NCBI GenBank assembly: GCA_937935255.1
Contig: CALGXT010000069.1
Span: 1-50,261, forward strand
Direction of reading: 5' to 3'
Source: an uncultured bacterium
GTDB taxonomy: Bacteria > Verrucomicrobiota > Kiritimatiellia > PWTM01
Length of the DNA: 50,261 bases
Shown: positions 36,661 to 46,169 of the stretch, one piece after another
Numbering within the stretch: position 1 is the stretch's first letter
How the letters are laid out: every line of letters starts with the position of its first letter
Translations under genes and position numbers: made by a program
Notes under the pieces: model-generated
Told to the model about the DNA's origin: nothing
The model's database searches: none
The model's input: only the letters and a program-made list of their open reading frames with translations

Positions 36661-37988
36661 AATCGAGATATTCCAACGGCTGCCCGATTCCGCTCGAGCG
36701 GCTTTCAGACTATGCGCACGGCGCGCTGTCGGGACCTCCGGCGGCGGAGGCGGCTCGCCATCTGGAGTCTTGCGAGGATTGTCGAAGGGTTTTCGAAGAC
36801 CTGCAAAGCGCCGTGGAGATCGCGACGGCGGCGCTGTCCGATCCGAGCCTCTCGGAGCGCTTGCCGGCGGCCCTGTTGCCCGAGCAGAAGCGCGCCCTCG
36901 CACGCGTCGCGCAGCGCCGCCGCGAGCGAATCGCCTTCCGTCGGCGCGCGCTGTGGCCCTTGGCCGCGGCGGCCGTTCTGGTCGCCGGCTTTATCGGCGG
37001 TTGGCGATTGACGCGCGGCGGCGCCGGGCGATCTTCCGTGATCGCGGTCACAACCCCGCCTCCCGCCGAATTGGCGGCCATGGAGGCTGAAGACGCCGCA
37101 CTCCCGCCGGCGGACGTTTTGCTCGCGGCCGATCTCGACCGAGCGCGCGAAGCGCCGGAAATCGCCGCGCCCTCCCGCCAAAGCTCTGCGCGCGCGCGGG
37201 AAGCGGCCCGCGACGAGTCTCGACGGCTCGCGGGCGTCGCCGTATGGGGGAAGGACGCGGACGGCGCGGAGCAGACCGATGAAATAAGAGCGATGGCAGC
37301 GGCCGGCGCAAAGGATCGTGCGAAGGAGGCGCCGCTGATCGTGGGTGGAAATTCGCGCGAAGAGTGGCGTCGCCGTATCGCGGAGACCCTGCCGCAGCCC
37401 GGCGCGGCGCCGCCGCTGTCCTCATCCCCGCCTCCGCCGCCGTTGGTCATGAAAGCGCCGCCGGCCGGCGAACGGGAAGAGGGGGCGCCGCTTCCTCCCG
37501 CCATCGCCGCGCCAACGCCCGCGGCCTTGGCATTGGCGCGGCGCGCGTCGGCGATGCCGGATCGCGCCGAAGATCGCGAAACGTCCGCGCGAACCCGCGC
37601 GCGGCTGGAGCGCATCGCCGCGCGCGGGTTCACGATCGCGGAAGACGATCCGGGCGCCATCGTTGGCCGTTTGAACGAAATCGCCGCCGCCGCGCCCGAA
37701 GGCCGGGGATTGCGTATCGAGTTGAGCGAGTCGGCGGCGCGTTTCAAGGCGCCCGGCGCGCGCGCCGAGGTCGCCGCCGCCCGAACGTTTTCGGCGAAGG
37801 CCCCGGCGCAGATTCCGGCGGAGACGCCGCCCCCGGAACGGGATATGACGCTCTGGGAAGCGGTTCAGCGCGCCGCGGTTCGGTTCGGCTTGTATATCCG
37901 GCTGGAGGAAGATCGAGTGGTCTTGCACGCCGATTCGCCGCTATCGCTTCCCGCGGCGTCGCCGGCGGAGGTCGAATTGAAACCCTAA
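36657..37988 (+). CDS. Zinc-finger (HxxxCxxC) transmembrane anti-sigma factor with a long periplasmic region
   Basis: HLESCEDC ZAS motif; TM LWPLAAAAVLVAGFIGGW; ATGA overlap with the sigma gene. Confidence 0.8.
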   Translation: MKSRYSNGCPIPLERLSDYAHGALSGPPAAEAARHLESCEDCRRVFEDLQSAVEIATAALSDPSLSERLPAALLPEQKRALARVAQRRRERIAFRRRALWPLAAAAVLVAGFIGGWRLTRGGAGRSSVIAVTTPPPAELAAMEAEDAALPPADVLLAADLDRAREAPEIAAPSRQSSARAREAARDESRRLAGVAVWGKDADGAEQTDEIRAMAAAGAKDRAKEAPLIVGGNSREEWRRRIAETLPQPGAAPPLSSSPPPPPLVMKAPPAGEREEGAPLPPAIAAPTPAALALARRASAMPDRAEDRETSARTRARLERIAARGFTIAEDDPGAIVGRLNEIAAAAPEGRGLRIELSESAARFKAPGARAEVAAARTFSAKAPAQIPAETPPPERDMTLWEAVQRAAVRFGLYIRLEEDRVVLHADSPLSLPAASPAEVELKP

Positions 37989-38001
37989 CGGCCTTGCCGC
38001 C

Positions 38002-39423
38002 ATGACCGCTTCGCCGCCCATTCTGGTCTGGTTTCGTTTGGATCTCCGCCTCGCTGATAATCCGGCGCTCGCAGCCGCCGATCGAAGCGGGAGACCCGTG
38101 GTTCCCGTTTTCATATGGGCGCCGGAAGAGGAGACGCCCTGGCCGCCGGGCGCCGCGTCGCGCTGGTGGCTGCATCACTCGCTGGCGGCGCTCGACACGG
38201 AACTGCGCGCGATGGGCTCGCGACTGGTGATCCGGCGCGGCCCTGCGGCGGACGCGCTGCACGCCCTTCGGCGGGAGACAGCGGCGGATGCGGTATTCTG
38301 GAATCGGCGCTACGAGCCGGCCGTCCGCGCGCGCGACGACGCCGTCGCCGCCGCCTTGCGCGCCGACGGCGTGCGAACGGAAACCTTCAATAGCGCGCTG
38401 CTTTTCGAGCCGGAAAAGATGCGGACCCAGTCCGGCGCGCCCTACCGTGTCTTCACCCCGTTCTGGAAAGCCTGTCTCGCGGCGCCGGAACCCGAAGAGC
38501 CGCTGCCGGCGCCGCGCGCGCTGCCGGCGCCGATCGCCTGGCCGGTGTCGGAACCGTTGGAGTCGCTCGACCTGCTGCCGCGCATCGCCTGGGACGGCGG
38601 CCTCCGGGAAACGTGGACGCCGGGCGAGCGCGGCGCGCAGACGGCGATGGAACATTTTTTGGAAAACGCGCTGGCGAGCTACAGCGATGGACGCGACCGC
38701 CCGGATCAAGCCCACACGTCGCGGCTTTCACCCTATTTGCACTTCGGCGAGATCGGCCCGCGCCAAATCTGGCAGGCGGCGCGGGAAACCGAGAACGTCC
38801 GCGCGGAGCGCGGCCTCATGCGCGGCGCGGAGAGCTATTTGCGCGAGGTGGGCTGGCGGGAATTCGCGTATCATTTGCTTTACCATTTTCCACACACGAC
38901 GGAACGTCCTTTGGACGCCCGATTCGAGCGCTTTCCCTGGAAGGTTGACCCGGCCGGTTTGCGCGCCTGGAAAAAAGGCCGCACGGGCTATCCGATTGTG
39001 GACGCGGGAATGCGCGAGCTGTGGCGCACGGGTTGGATGCACAACCGGGCGCGCATGATTGCCGCGTCGTTTCTCGTGAAAGACCTGTTGATCCCCTGGC
39101 TGGAGGGCGCGCGCTGGTTCTGGGACACGCTGGTGGACGCCGATCTGGCGAACAACACGCTGGGGTGGCAATGGACGGCGGGTTGCGGCGCGGACGCCGC
39201 GCCGTATTTCCGAATTTTCAATCCCGTCCTGCAGGGACAGAAATTCGATCCGGAAGGCGCGTACGTCCGCCGCTGGATTCCGGAATTGGCGGGCGCGGCG
39301 CCTGCGTTCATTCACGAGCCCTGGCGATTGCCGCGCCCGCCGGCGGGCTATCCGCCACCCATCCTCGACCACGGCGAGGCGCGCGACCGCGCCCTGGCCG
39401 CGCTGTCCGAGATCCGCGAGTGA
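38002..39423 (+). CDS. phrB: Deoxyribodipyrimidine photolyase
   Basis: WFRLDLRLADNPAL, TSRLSPYLHFGEI, GRTGYPIVDAGMRELWRTGWMHNR, GWQW, RIFNP. Confidence 0.95.
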   Translation: MTASPPILVWFRLDLRLADNPALAAADRSGRPVVPVFIWAPEEETPWPPGAASRWWLHHSLAALDTELRAMGSRLVIRRGPAADALHALRRETAADAVFWNRRYEPAVRARDDAVAAALRADGVRTETFNSALLFEPEKMRTQSGAPYRVFTPFWKACLAAPEPEEPLPAPRALPAPIAWPVSEPLESLDLLPRIAWDGGLRETWTPGERGAQTAMEHFLENALASYSDGRDRPDQAHTSRLSPYLHFGEIGPRQIWQAARETENVRAERGLMRGAESYLREVGWREFAYHLLYHFPHTTERPLDARFERFPWKVDPAGLRAWKKGRTGYPIVDAGMRELWRTGWMHNRARMIAASFLVKDLLIPWLEGARWFWDTLVDADLANNTLGWQWTAGCGADAAPYFRIFNPVLQGQKFDPEGAYVRRWIPELAGAAPAFIHEPWRLPRPPAGYPPPILDHGEARDRALAALSEIRE

Positions 39424-39559
39424 GGGTGACATCGGAGCCGGCCCGCTGTTGAATTATTCAAACACGGATGGCGCGGGCGGCGGAAACAGGGCGAGAGAAT
39501 CCAACGGATTCGATGCGCTTTCGAACTTGCGCTTCCCAACGCCCGAACGGCTCTTGCGC

Positions 39560-39588
39560 TTGACAGGCTCCGCTCGTTCCTCTGTAGT
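39560..39588 (+). promoter_or_regulatory. Putative sigma70 promoter for rfaE1-kdsB
   Basis: TTGACA at 39560-39565, 17-bp spacer, TGTAGT; ATG only about 7 bp further on, so possibly leaderless. Confidence 0.45.
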
Positions 39589-39595
39589 TCTCCAT

Positions 39596-40633
39596 ATGAA
39601 TTCCGAAACCTCCTGGGGCGGCCCAACGGCGCTGACCGATACCGTCCGCCGCCGGCTCGCCGCCATGCGCGGAAAGCGAATCCTCGTGGTCGGCGATCTG
39701 ATGCTCGACCGTTATATCTACGGCACGGTGGAACGCATTTCGCCGGAGGCGCCCGTGCCGGTCGTGCGGATGACGCGCGAGACGCTGGCGCCCGGCGGCG
39801 GCGGCAACGTGGCCTGGAATCTGAGCGCGATGGGCGCGAGGGCGGCCGTCGCGGGCTTGTTGGGAAAGGATTCCGAGGGGCGCGCGCTGGCGGCTTTATT
39901 GCGGCGACGAGGCGTCAATACCGATCTCGCCCTGGTCCCGTCGGGGGCCGGCACCACCGTCAAAACCCGCATTATCGCCGAACGCCAACAGGTGGTTCGC
40001 GTGGATCGGGAAATCGCGCCTTCCCTCACGGGCGCGGAATTGGAGGCGTTTTGCCGCGGCGTCGCCGAGGCCGCGGGAAAAGCCGACGGTGTGATTCTGG
40101 CCGATTATGGGAAGGGGGCGCTGACCCAGCCGGTTGTGGACGCCGCGCTGGGCGCCGCGAAAGCCGCCGGCATTCCGGTCGGTTTGGACCCGAAGAACCC
40201 CGCCTTGCGCGTGCCGGGCATCACGGTGGCGACGCCGAACCGCAAGGAGGCGTTTTTGATCGCGGGTCGGGCCGATCCCGGGGCCGGCGCCGATCCGTTG
40301 TCGGATTCGCCCTTGCGCGATGCGGCGGAGCGCGCGCTTCGTCACTGGCGGGCGCGCCACTTGCTGGTCACCCTCGGCCCGCACGGCATGTTGATCGTCG
40401 CGCCGCGCCGGCCGCCCGTGCATGTGCCCACGCGCGCGCGAGAGGTATATGATGTGAGCGGCGCGGGCGACACGGTGATCGCCGTCTGCGTGTTGGCGCT
40501 CGCCGCCGGCGCGGACATACGGGAAGCGGCGGAGATCGCGAACTTCGCCGCCGGCGTGGTGGTGGGCAAGATGGGGACGGCGACCTGCTCTCCGGAGGAG
40601 CTGCTCGCGGCGATCGGAGGCTTCGCGCCATGA
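39596..40633 (+). CDS. rfaE1: D-glycero-beta-D-manno-heptose-7-phosphate kinase (RfaE domain I)
   Basis: VGDLMLDRY, RISPEAPVPVV, QQVVRVDRE, DYGKG, DVSGAGDTV, VVGKMGTA. Confidence 0.92.
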   Translation: MNSETSWGGPTALTDTVRRRLAAMRGKRILVVGDLMLDRYIYGTVERISPEAPVPVVRMTRETLAPGGGGNVAWNLSAMGARAAVAGLLGKDSEGRALAALLRRRGVNTDLALVPSGAGTTVKTRIIAERQQVVRVDREIAPSLTGAELEAFCRGVAEAAGKADGVILADYGKGALTQPVVDAALGAAKAAGIPVGLDPKNPALRVPGITVATPNRKEAFLIAGRADPGAGADPLSDSPLRDAAERALRHWRARHLLVTLGPHGMLIVAPRRPPVHVPTRAREVYDVSGAGDTVIAVCVLALAAGADIREAAEIANFAAGVVVGKMGTATCSPEELLAAIGGFAP

Positions 40634-41382
40634 GTCGGGCGTTGGGGGTCATTCCCGCGCGCTGGGCGTCGAGCCGCTTCCCGGGGAAAATCCTCCATCC
40701 CTTGTGCGGACGTCCCTTGCTGCACTGGGTCATCGCGCGCGCGCGCCGGGCGCGGCGGCTTTCCCAGGTGCTCGTGGCTACGGACGATGAACGCATTCGA
40801 GCGTCCGCCGCGGCGGCGGGCGTCGAGGCCGTGATGACTTCGCCCGTCCACGCGTCCGGCACCGATCGCGTCGCCGAGGCGGCGCGCGGTCGAGGCGCCG
40901 ACATCGTCGTGAATATTCAGGGCGACGAGCCGCTGATCGAGCCTGCGCTCATAGACGCGTTGGTGGAAGCGCTGACGGCGGGCGCTTGGGAAATGGCGAC
41001 GGCGGCCGCTCCGATCACGGACGAGGCGGCGGCGCGCAATCCCTCCGTGGTGAAGGTCGTTCGCGCGGCGGACGAGGCCGGCCTCTATTTCTCGCGCGCG
41101 CCGATTCCCCACATCCGCGACCGCGCGTCCGATTCGTCTTTTCCGCCGGATGTGTATTGGCGGCACATCGGGATTTACGCCTATCGCGCGCCGTTTTTGG
41201 AACGGTTCGTGGCCGCGCCGCCTTCGCGGCTGGAGCGGCTGGAGAAACTGGAGCAATTGCGCGCGTTGGAGATGGGCGCCCGCATCCGCGTTTTGGCCGT
41301 GTCGGGCGGCGGGGTCGGCGTGGATACGCCCGAGGATGTGCGGGCGGCCGAGGCCGCGCTGCGCGCGGCGGGGTTGGCCTAA
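40630..41382 (+). CDS. kdsB: 3-deoxy-manno-octulosonate cytidylyltransferase
   Basis: IPARWASSRFPGK, SGTDR, NIQGDEP, YFSR, HIGIYAYR, EKLEQLRALE. Confidence 0.95.
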   Translation: MSRALGVIPARWASSRFPGKILHPLCGRPLLHWVIARARRARRLSQVLVATDDERIRASAAAAGVEAVMTSPVHASGTDRVAEAARGRGADIVVNIQGDEPLIEPALIDALVEALTAGAWEMATAAAPITDEAAARNPSVVKVVRAADEAGLYFSRAPIPHIRDRASDSSFPPDVYWRHIGIYAYRAPFLERFVAAPPSRLERLEKLEQLRALEMGARIRVLAVSGGGVGVDTPEDVRAAEAALRAAGLA

Positions 41383-41386
41383 CGGA

Positions 41387-42448
41387 TTATTCGCGTCCGG
41401 CGAGCTCCGCATAGAGCGCGCGGTATCGTTCGATCGTCGTCGAAATGTGAAACGTTTCGCGGATGCGCGCGAGCGCGCGCTCTCCGCACGCGCGCCGCAG
41501 GGGTTCGTCCTCCAGCAATCGGCGCAGCGCCCCGGCGAGCGCGACCGCATCGCCCGGCGGCACGCACAGACCCTCGACGCCGTCGCGGACGATCTCCGCG
41601 GGACCGCCGACGTTGCTGACGACCGCGGGCGCCCCTTGCGCGAGCGATTCCAGCACCGCCTTGCAAAGCCCCTCCGCCGCGCCCGAGGGCATGACCGTCA
41701 TCGCGCACGCGCCCAGAAGAGCGGGGGCGTCGGGCTGGTGTCCGACAAAATGCACCTGCGGATGATCGGCCAGACGCCGGCGCATTCGAACCAGTCGCGG
41801 CTCGACGACCTCTCCGATCATCAGCAAGTGAACCCGGGGATCGAACGGGAGTTGCAGAAAAGCCTCGACCAATGTGACGCCGCCCTTGCCGGCGCGCCAG
41901 CGGGCGGCGGCGCCGACGCATCGAGCGCCGTCCGGCAGCCCCAGGGCCGCCAGCCGCGCGGGCGTGGCGGGCCGGTACCAGGCGGGGTCGTGGCCTTTAT
42001 AAATGACGACCAATCGTTCTTCCGGCCATCCGGCGCGCAACATCGCGGCGCGCACGGTTTGGCTGAGACAGACAATCCGCGCAATGCCGCGGCGGCGATA
42101 CATGTGATGCGCGCGCCGCGAAATAAAAGGCGCGCCGCGGTATGCGATCCAGACAGCGTCTCCGTCCGGCCAGGCGCGACCGACGTCGCGTAGGGCGTCG
42201 TTATGCAACGAGTGGACGATTCGCGGTCTCCAAGTTCCGAGGAGTTCGCGCAAACGCCGCCGATTCGGCGACCAAAGCCGGCGCGACCATTCCCAGCTCT
42301 CAAACCGCGCTCCGCCGGCCTCCAGAATGGACGCATGGCGCCGCTCCGGCCGCGCCAGCGCCAGTATTTCGACCCCCGCTCGCGCCAGTCCGGCGAACAA
42401 GTGCGCCTCGGGCAAATCCATATGTTCCGCGATGACCAGCGCGCGCAT
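41387..42448 (-). CDS. Glycosyltransferase family 4
   Basis: EGLCKAVLESLAQGAPAVVSNVGGPAEIV (EX7E motif). Confidence 0.88.
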   Translation of the reverse strand: MRALVIAEHMDLPEAHLFAGLARAGVEILALARPERRHASILEAGGARFESWEWSRRLWSPNRRRLRELLGTWRPRIVHSLHNDALRDVGRAWPDGDAVWIAYRGAPFISRRAHHMYRRRGIARIVCLSQTVRAAMLRAGWPEERLVVIYKGHDPAWYRPATPARLAALGLPDGARCVGAAARWRAGKGGVTLVEAFLQLPFDPRVHLLMIGEVVEPRLVRMRRRLADHPQVHFVGHQPDAPALLGACAMTVMPSGAAEGLCKAVLESLAQGAPAVVSNVGGPAEIVRDGVEGLCVPPGDAVALAGALRRLLEDEPLRRACGERALARIRETFHISTTIERYRALYAELAGRE

Positions 42449-42553
42449 GGCGCCCAAACTAGCATCGTGAGATTTAGGATTCAACCCGCCGCATGCGGCG
42501 TGTAGGATAGGGGCGTTCACACCGTCACCCACGCGAGTCAGAGGTGTTTCGCG

Positions 42554-43963
42554 ATGTCGTCGTCAACGCCGCGGCGATCCATAGCCCTTGTCGGGCGGCC
42601 GAATGTCGGCAAATCGGCCTTGTTCAACCGGCTGGTCGGCCGGCGACTGGCGATCGTCCACGAGGAATGGGGGGTTACCCGCGACCGGCTCTGCGGCGAG
42701 GCGGAATGGGAGGGCGATCGGTTCGAGGTCATTGACACCGGCGGGATCGGCGTGATGGATCGCGCGGCGGCGGCCGACGAAATCGCCGAAGGCGCGCGGC
42801 GGCAGGTGGACCTTGCGATCGAGGAGTCGGCGGCGGTGATCCAGGTGGCGGACGTTCGCGCCGGATTGCACCCGTTGGACGAGGAAGTGGCGCGCCTGTT
42901 GCGCGCCCGGGGCCGCCCCGTGTGGTTGGCCGCGAACAAAGCGGACGATCCCGCGTTGGACGACGCGGCCGCCGAGTTCGCGGCGCTCGGCTTTCCGGTG
43001 TTTCCGATCTCGGCGTTGAACGGGCGCGGCCTGTCCGAATTGTTGCCGGCGGCGCTGGCGGCGTTGCCTCCGCCCGGCCCCAACCCGACGGAATCCGCGC
43101 CCTTGCGCGTGGCGGTTGTGGGGCGTCCGAACGCGGGCAAATCCTCGTTCATCAACCGACTGCTGGGGGATGAGCGGGTGATCGTTTCCGAGATTCCGGG
43201 CACGACGCGCGACAGCGTGGCGGTGCCGTTCGCCATCGGGGAGGGACCGCAGGCGCGTCGGTATGTGCTGGTGGATACGGCCGGCATGCGACCGCGGGCG
43301 AAGGTGCGCGCCTCGGTCGAACACTTCAGCCTCGCGCGCGTGGAGCAGGCCGTGCGCGAGGCGGATGTTGTGGCGCACGTGCTGGACGCGACAGCCGGAC
43401 CGACCCGGCAGGACCGCCATATCGCGGGGATGTTGCGCGATTTCGGGCCGGGCGCCGTGCTGCTGGTGAACAAATGGGATCTCATGAAAGGCGTCTCGCC
43501 GCGCGAGTACGCCGAGGCATTGCGCCGCGAGCTGCCTTTCTTGGATTACGTGCCGGTGGTGTTTGTTTCGGCCCGCACGGGCCATAACACGGCCGCCGCG
43601 ATTGCGGCGGTGGATCGGGTGGGCGGTCAGGTTTCCGCGCGGTTGCCGACCGGCGCGCTCAACCGCGTGTTGCGCCGGGCGATCGAGCGCATTCAGCCGC
43701 CCGCTGTGCAGGGGCGGCGATTGAAGCTATATTATGCGACGCAAACCGGCGTAAAACCGGTGCGCGTGCGGCTCTTCGTCAACGATCCGCGGGTGCGGAC
43801 GCCGGCCTATGAGCAATATCTGGCCCGCGAGCTGCGCGGCGCCTTCGGGCTGGAGGGCGCGCCGGTGCGCCTTGAATTTCGGGCGCGGCCGCGCGAGGGC
43901 GGAGCGGAAAGCGGCGAGGCGCGGCGAGCGCGCGGCGCCCGACGACCACGGAGAAACGACTGA
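42554..43963 (+). CDS. der: Ribosome biogenesis GTPase Der
   Basis: Two G domains: GRPNVGKS/DTGG/NKAD and GRPNAGKSS/DTAG/NKWD; KH-like tail KLYYATQ. Confidence 0.96.
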   Translation: MSSSTPRRSIALVGRPNVGKSALFNRLVGRRLAIVHEEWGVTRDRLCGEAEWEGDRFEVIDTGGIGVMDRAAAADEIAEGARRQVDLAIEESAAVIQVADVRAGLHPLDEEVARLLRARGRPVWLAANKADDPALDDAAAEFAALGFPVFPISALNGRGLSELLPAALAALPPPGPNPTESAPLRVAVVGRPNAGKSSFINRLLGDERVIVSEIPGTTRDSVAVPFAIGEGPQARRYVLVDTAGMRPRAKVRASVEHFSLARVEQAVREADVVAHVLDATAGPTRQDRHIAGMLRDFGPGAVLLVNKWDLMKGVSPREYAEALRRELPFLDYVPVVFVSARTGHNTAAAIAAVDRVGGQVSARLPTGALNRVLRRAIERIQPPAVQGRRLKLYYATQTGVKPVRVRLFVNDPRVRTPAYEQYLARELRGAFGLEGAPVRLEFRARPREGGAESGEARRARGARRPRRND

Positions 43964-44910
43964 TGGCCTGGGAATACAGCGAGAAAACGGTGCAATTGTT
44001 CATGGACGCCGTTCACGGCAAGCCCGGCACGCACATGGGCGAGATCGAAAACCCGGACGGATTGGGAGAGCACGGCTCGATTGTGTGCGGCGACGCTCTC
44101 CGTTTCACGTTTCGGGTGGAGCGCCATCCGACGGACCCCCGGCTCGACCGCATCGTCGCGGCGCGCTATCTCACGTTCGGATGCACCTCCGCGATCGCCT
44201 CCTCCGAAGCGCTCTGCGCGATCATCGAAGAGGGTCGCTACACCCCCATCGAAGCATTGAAGATCACGAATGAGGACATCGTGAAATATCTCGGCGGCCT
44301 GCCGACGCAGAAAATTCACTGCTCCGTCATGGGCGCGGAGGCGCTGGAGGCGGCGGTTTTCAACTGGGCGCAGCGGCGCGGCGTGGACCTCGAAAAGGAG
44401 GGGGTCCGCCTATCCATGAAAGACGAGAACGAAGGCCGCATCGTGTGCAAGTGCTTCTCCGTGAGCGAACCCTATCTGCGCCGTAAAATCCGCGAATTGA
44501 ATCTGCGCTCCATTCCGGAAATCACCCATGCGTTGAAGGCGGGCGGCGCGTGCCAGTCGTGTCACCATGCGCCCGGGGGGCTTCAGGATTTGCTGGATGA
44601 AATTTGGGGCCGCGCCGCGGGCGAACCGGTCTCGGCCGCCGCGTCGCCGGAACCGCCCGCCGCGGGGGAGCCGTTGTCGCCTTATCAATTGATGAAACGG
44701 ATTGAACGCGCCATTGAAGAACGGGTTCGACCGGCGCTCCAAAGCGATGGCGGCGACCTCGAGATCGTGGATATCAAGGAGCGCCTCGTGTATTGCCGTC
44801 TGAAGGGCGCCTGCGCCGGATGCGCCGGCTCCGCCATGACGCTGAAAATGATGGTCGAACGGGTATTGAAAGAGGAAGTGGACGAACGGATTCGGGTGAT
44901 CGCGGTTTGA
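43963..44910 (+). CDS. nifU: Three-domain Fe-S cluster scaffold NifU
   Basis: CGD, TFGC, KIHCS (IscU-like); CKC...GGACQSC (BFD-like); RPALQSDGGD...GACAGC (Nfu). Confidence 0.92.
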   Translation: MAWEYSEKTVQLFMDAVHGKPGTHMGEIENPDGLGEHGSIVCGDALRFTFRVERHPTDPRLDRIVAARYLTFGCTSAIASSEALCAIIEEGRYTPIEALKITNEDIVKYLGGLPTQKIHCSVMGAEALEAAVFNWAQRRGVDLEKEGVRLSMKDENEGRIVCKCFSVSEPYLRRKIRELNLRSIPEITHALKAGGACQSCHHAPGGLQDLLDEIWGRAAGEPVSAAASPEPPAAGEPLSPYQLMKRIERAIEERVRPALQSDGGDLEIVDIKERLVYCRLKGACAGCAGSAMTLKMMVERVLKEEVDERIRVIAV

Positions 44911-46169
44911 GCGCCGACGCACAGAGCCCGGCGTCGCTCTGGCGAGCGCGTCTGGCGGCGTGGCTGGAGTGGACGTCGGACGGCGCGCGCGACCGGCGCT
45001 GGTTGCGCGCCCTACTGACGGGCTACGCGTTTTTCGTCCCGCTGTGGATCGGAGGGGCGCAATTCTTCGGTTACGCCGCGGCGGCGTTGACGGCGGGCAT
45101 GCTGTGGCGGCGCCGGGGCCGCCTGCCGTGGCGCGCGTGCGCGACCGTCGCCGTGCTGTTGTGGGTCTTTTTTTCCGTGGCGGCCGCCGTCGCCGGTCCG
45201 TGTCCGAATACGGCGGTTCGCAAACTCAATCGCCTCTTCCTGCTGTTTCTGCTTTGGGCGCCGGAGATCTCGGTCGCGGGCCGATCCGACCGGGGCGGCG
45301 TCTGGGCCGCGCGCTGGCTGGGCGCCTTTGTGGTCGGAGCGACCGTGCGCGGCGCCGCGGATATCGTCCGCATTCTCGCCGGCGCGCGGCGCAGCGGCTG
45401 GGAGCCGGCGGCGGTGTTTGATTTGGGAAATATGCGCGATCCGCAGTTCTATCTTTCGGCGGCCCTGATCCTGATCGCCGCCGGTTGCGGTATCCGCGCG
45501 GCCGGCGGCGCGCGCCGGCTCGCCGCCGCGGCGATCGCGCTCGTCGCGATGGTCCTCCATTTCAAGCGCGGCGTATGGCTCGCGTTCGCGGTGTCGGCCT
45601 CGGCGCTTTGTCTGGCCTATCGGCGGCGGGTCTTCGTGGTGTTGGCGGCGGCCGGTTTGGCCGCGTTGGCGCTACCGACCGTACGCGCGCGGCTCGCCGC
45701 CGCCGGCCGCGACTTGAGCGAGCGCTCCACGCGGGTGAAACTGTGGGTCCGCGTGGCGCCCGTGTTGATTCGACGGCACCCCTGGGGCATGGGCCGCGGC
45801 GCGCTGCGTAACACGGATATCCAGAACATCGCCCGCATCCCGGAAACGAAAATCAATCATTTGCACAACAACCTGCTTCAAATCGCGGTCGAGAGCGGTT
45901 GGGGCGGCGCGGCGGCGTGGCTGGTCTGGATGTTCGCGGTCGGCGCGGACATGGCGCGAAACCTCCGGCGGTCCGCCGCCCCGGGCCCGCGCTGGATTCC
46001 CATCGCGCTCGGCGCGGTGTTCCTGGGGCTTCACCTGAACGGCCTGATCGAGTGCAACTTCGGCGACAGCGAAATCTATATGTGGTTCCTGTTGTTGATC
46101 GGCCTTTCGAACCTGTGGCGCGGCGTCGCCGCGGAGGGGGGCGCGGCGCAAGCGCCCGTGAACGCATGA
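44907..46169 (+). CDS. O-antigen ligase/polymerase-like membrane protein
   Basis: Multi-TM; KRGVWL, HPWGMGRG, HLHNNLLQIAVESG. Confidence 0.8.
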   Translation: MSADAQSPASLWRARLAAWLEWTSDGARDRRWLRALLTGYAFFVPLWIGGAQFFGYAAAALTAGMLWRRRGRLPWRACATVAVLLWVFFSVAAAVAGPCPNTAVRKLNRLFLLFLLWAPEISVAGRSDRGGVWAARWLGAFVVGATVRGAADIVRILAGARRSGWEPAAVFDLGNMRDPQFYLSAALILIAAGCGIRAAGGARRLAAAAIALVAMVLHFKRGVWLAFAVSASALCLAYRRRVFVVLAAAGLAALALPTVRARLAAAGRDLSERSTRVKLWVRVAPVLIRRHPWGMGRGALRNTDIQNIARIPETKINHLHNNLLQIAVESGWGGAAAWLVWMFAVGADMARNLRRSAAPGPRWIPIALGAVFLGLHLNGLIECNFGDSEIYMWFLLLIGLSNLWRGVAAEGGAAQAPVNA

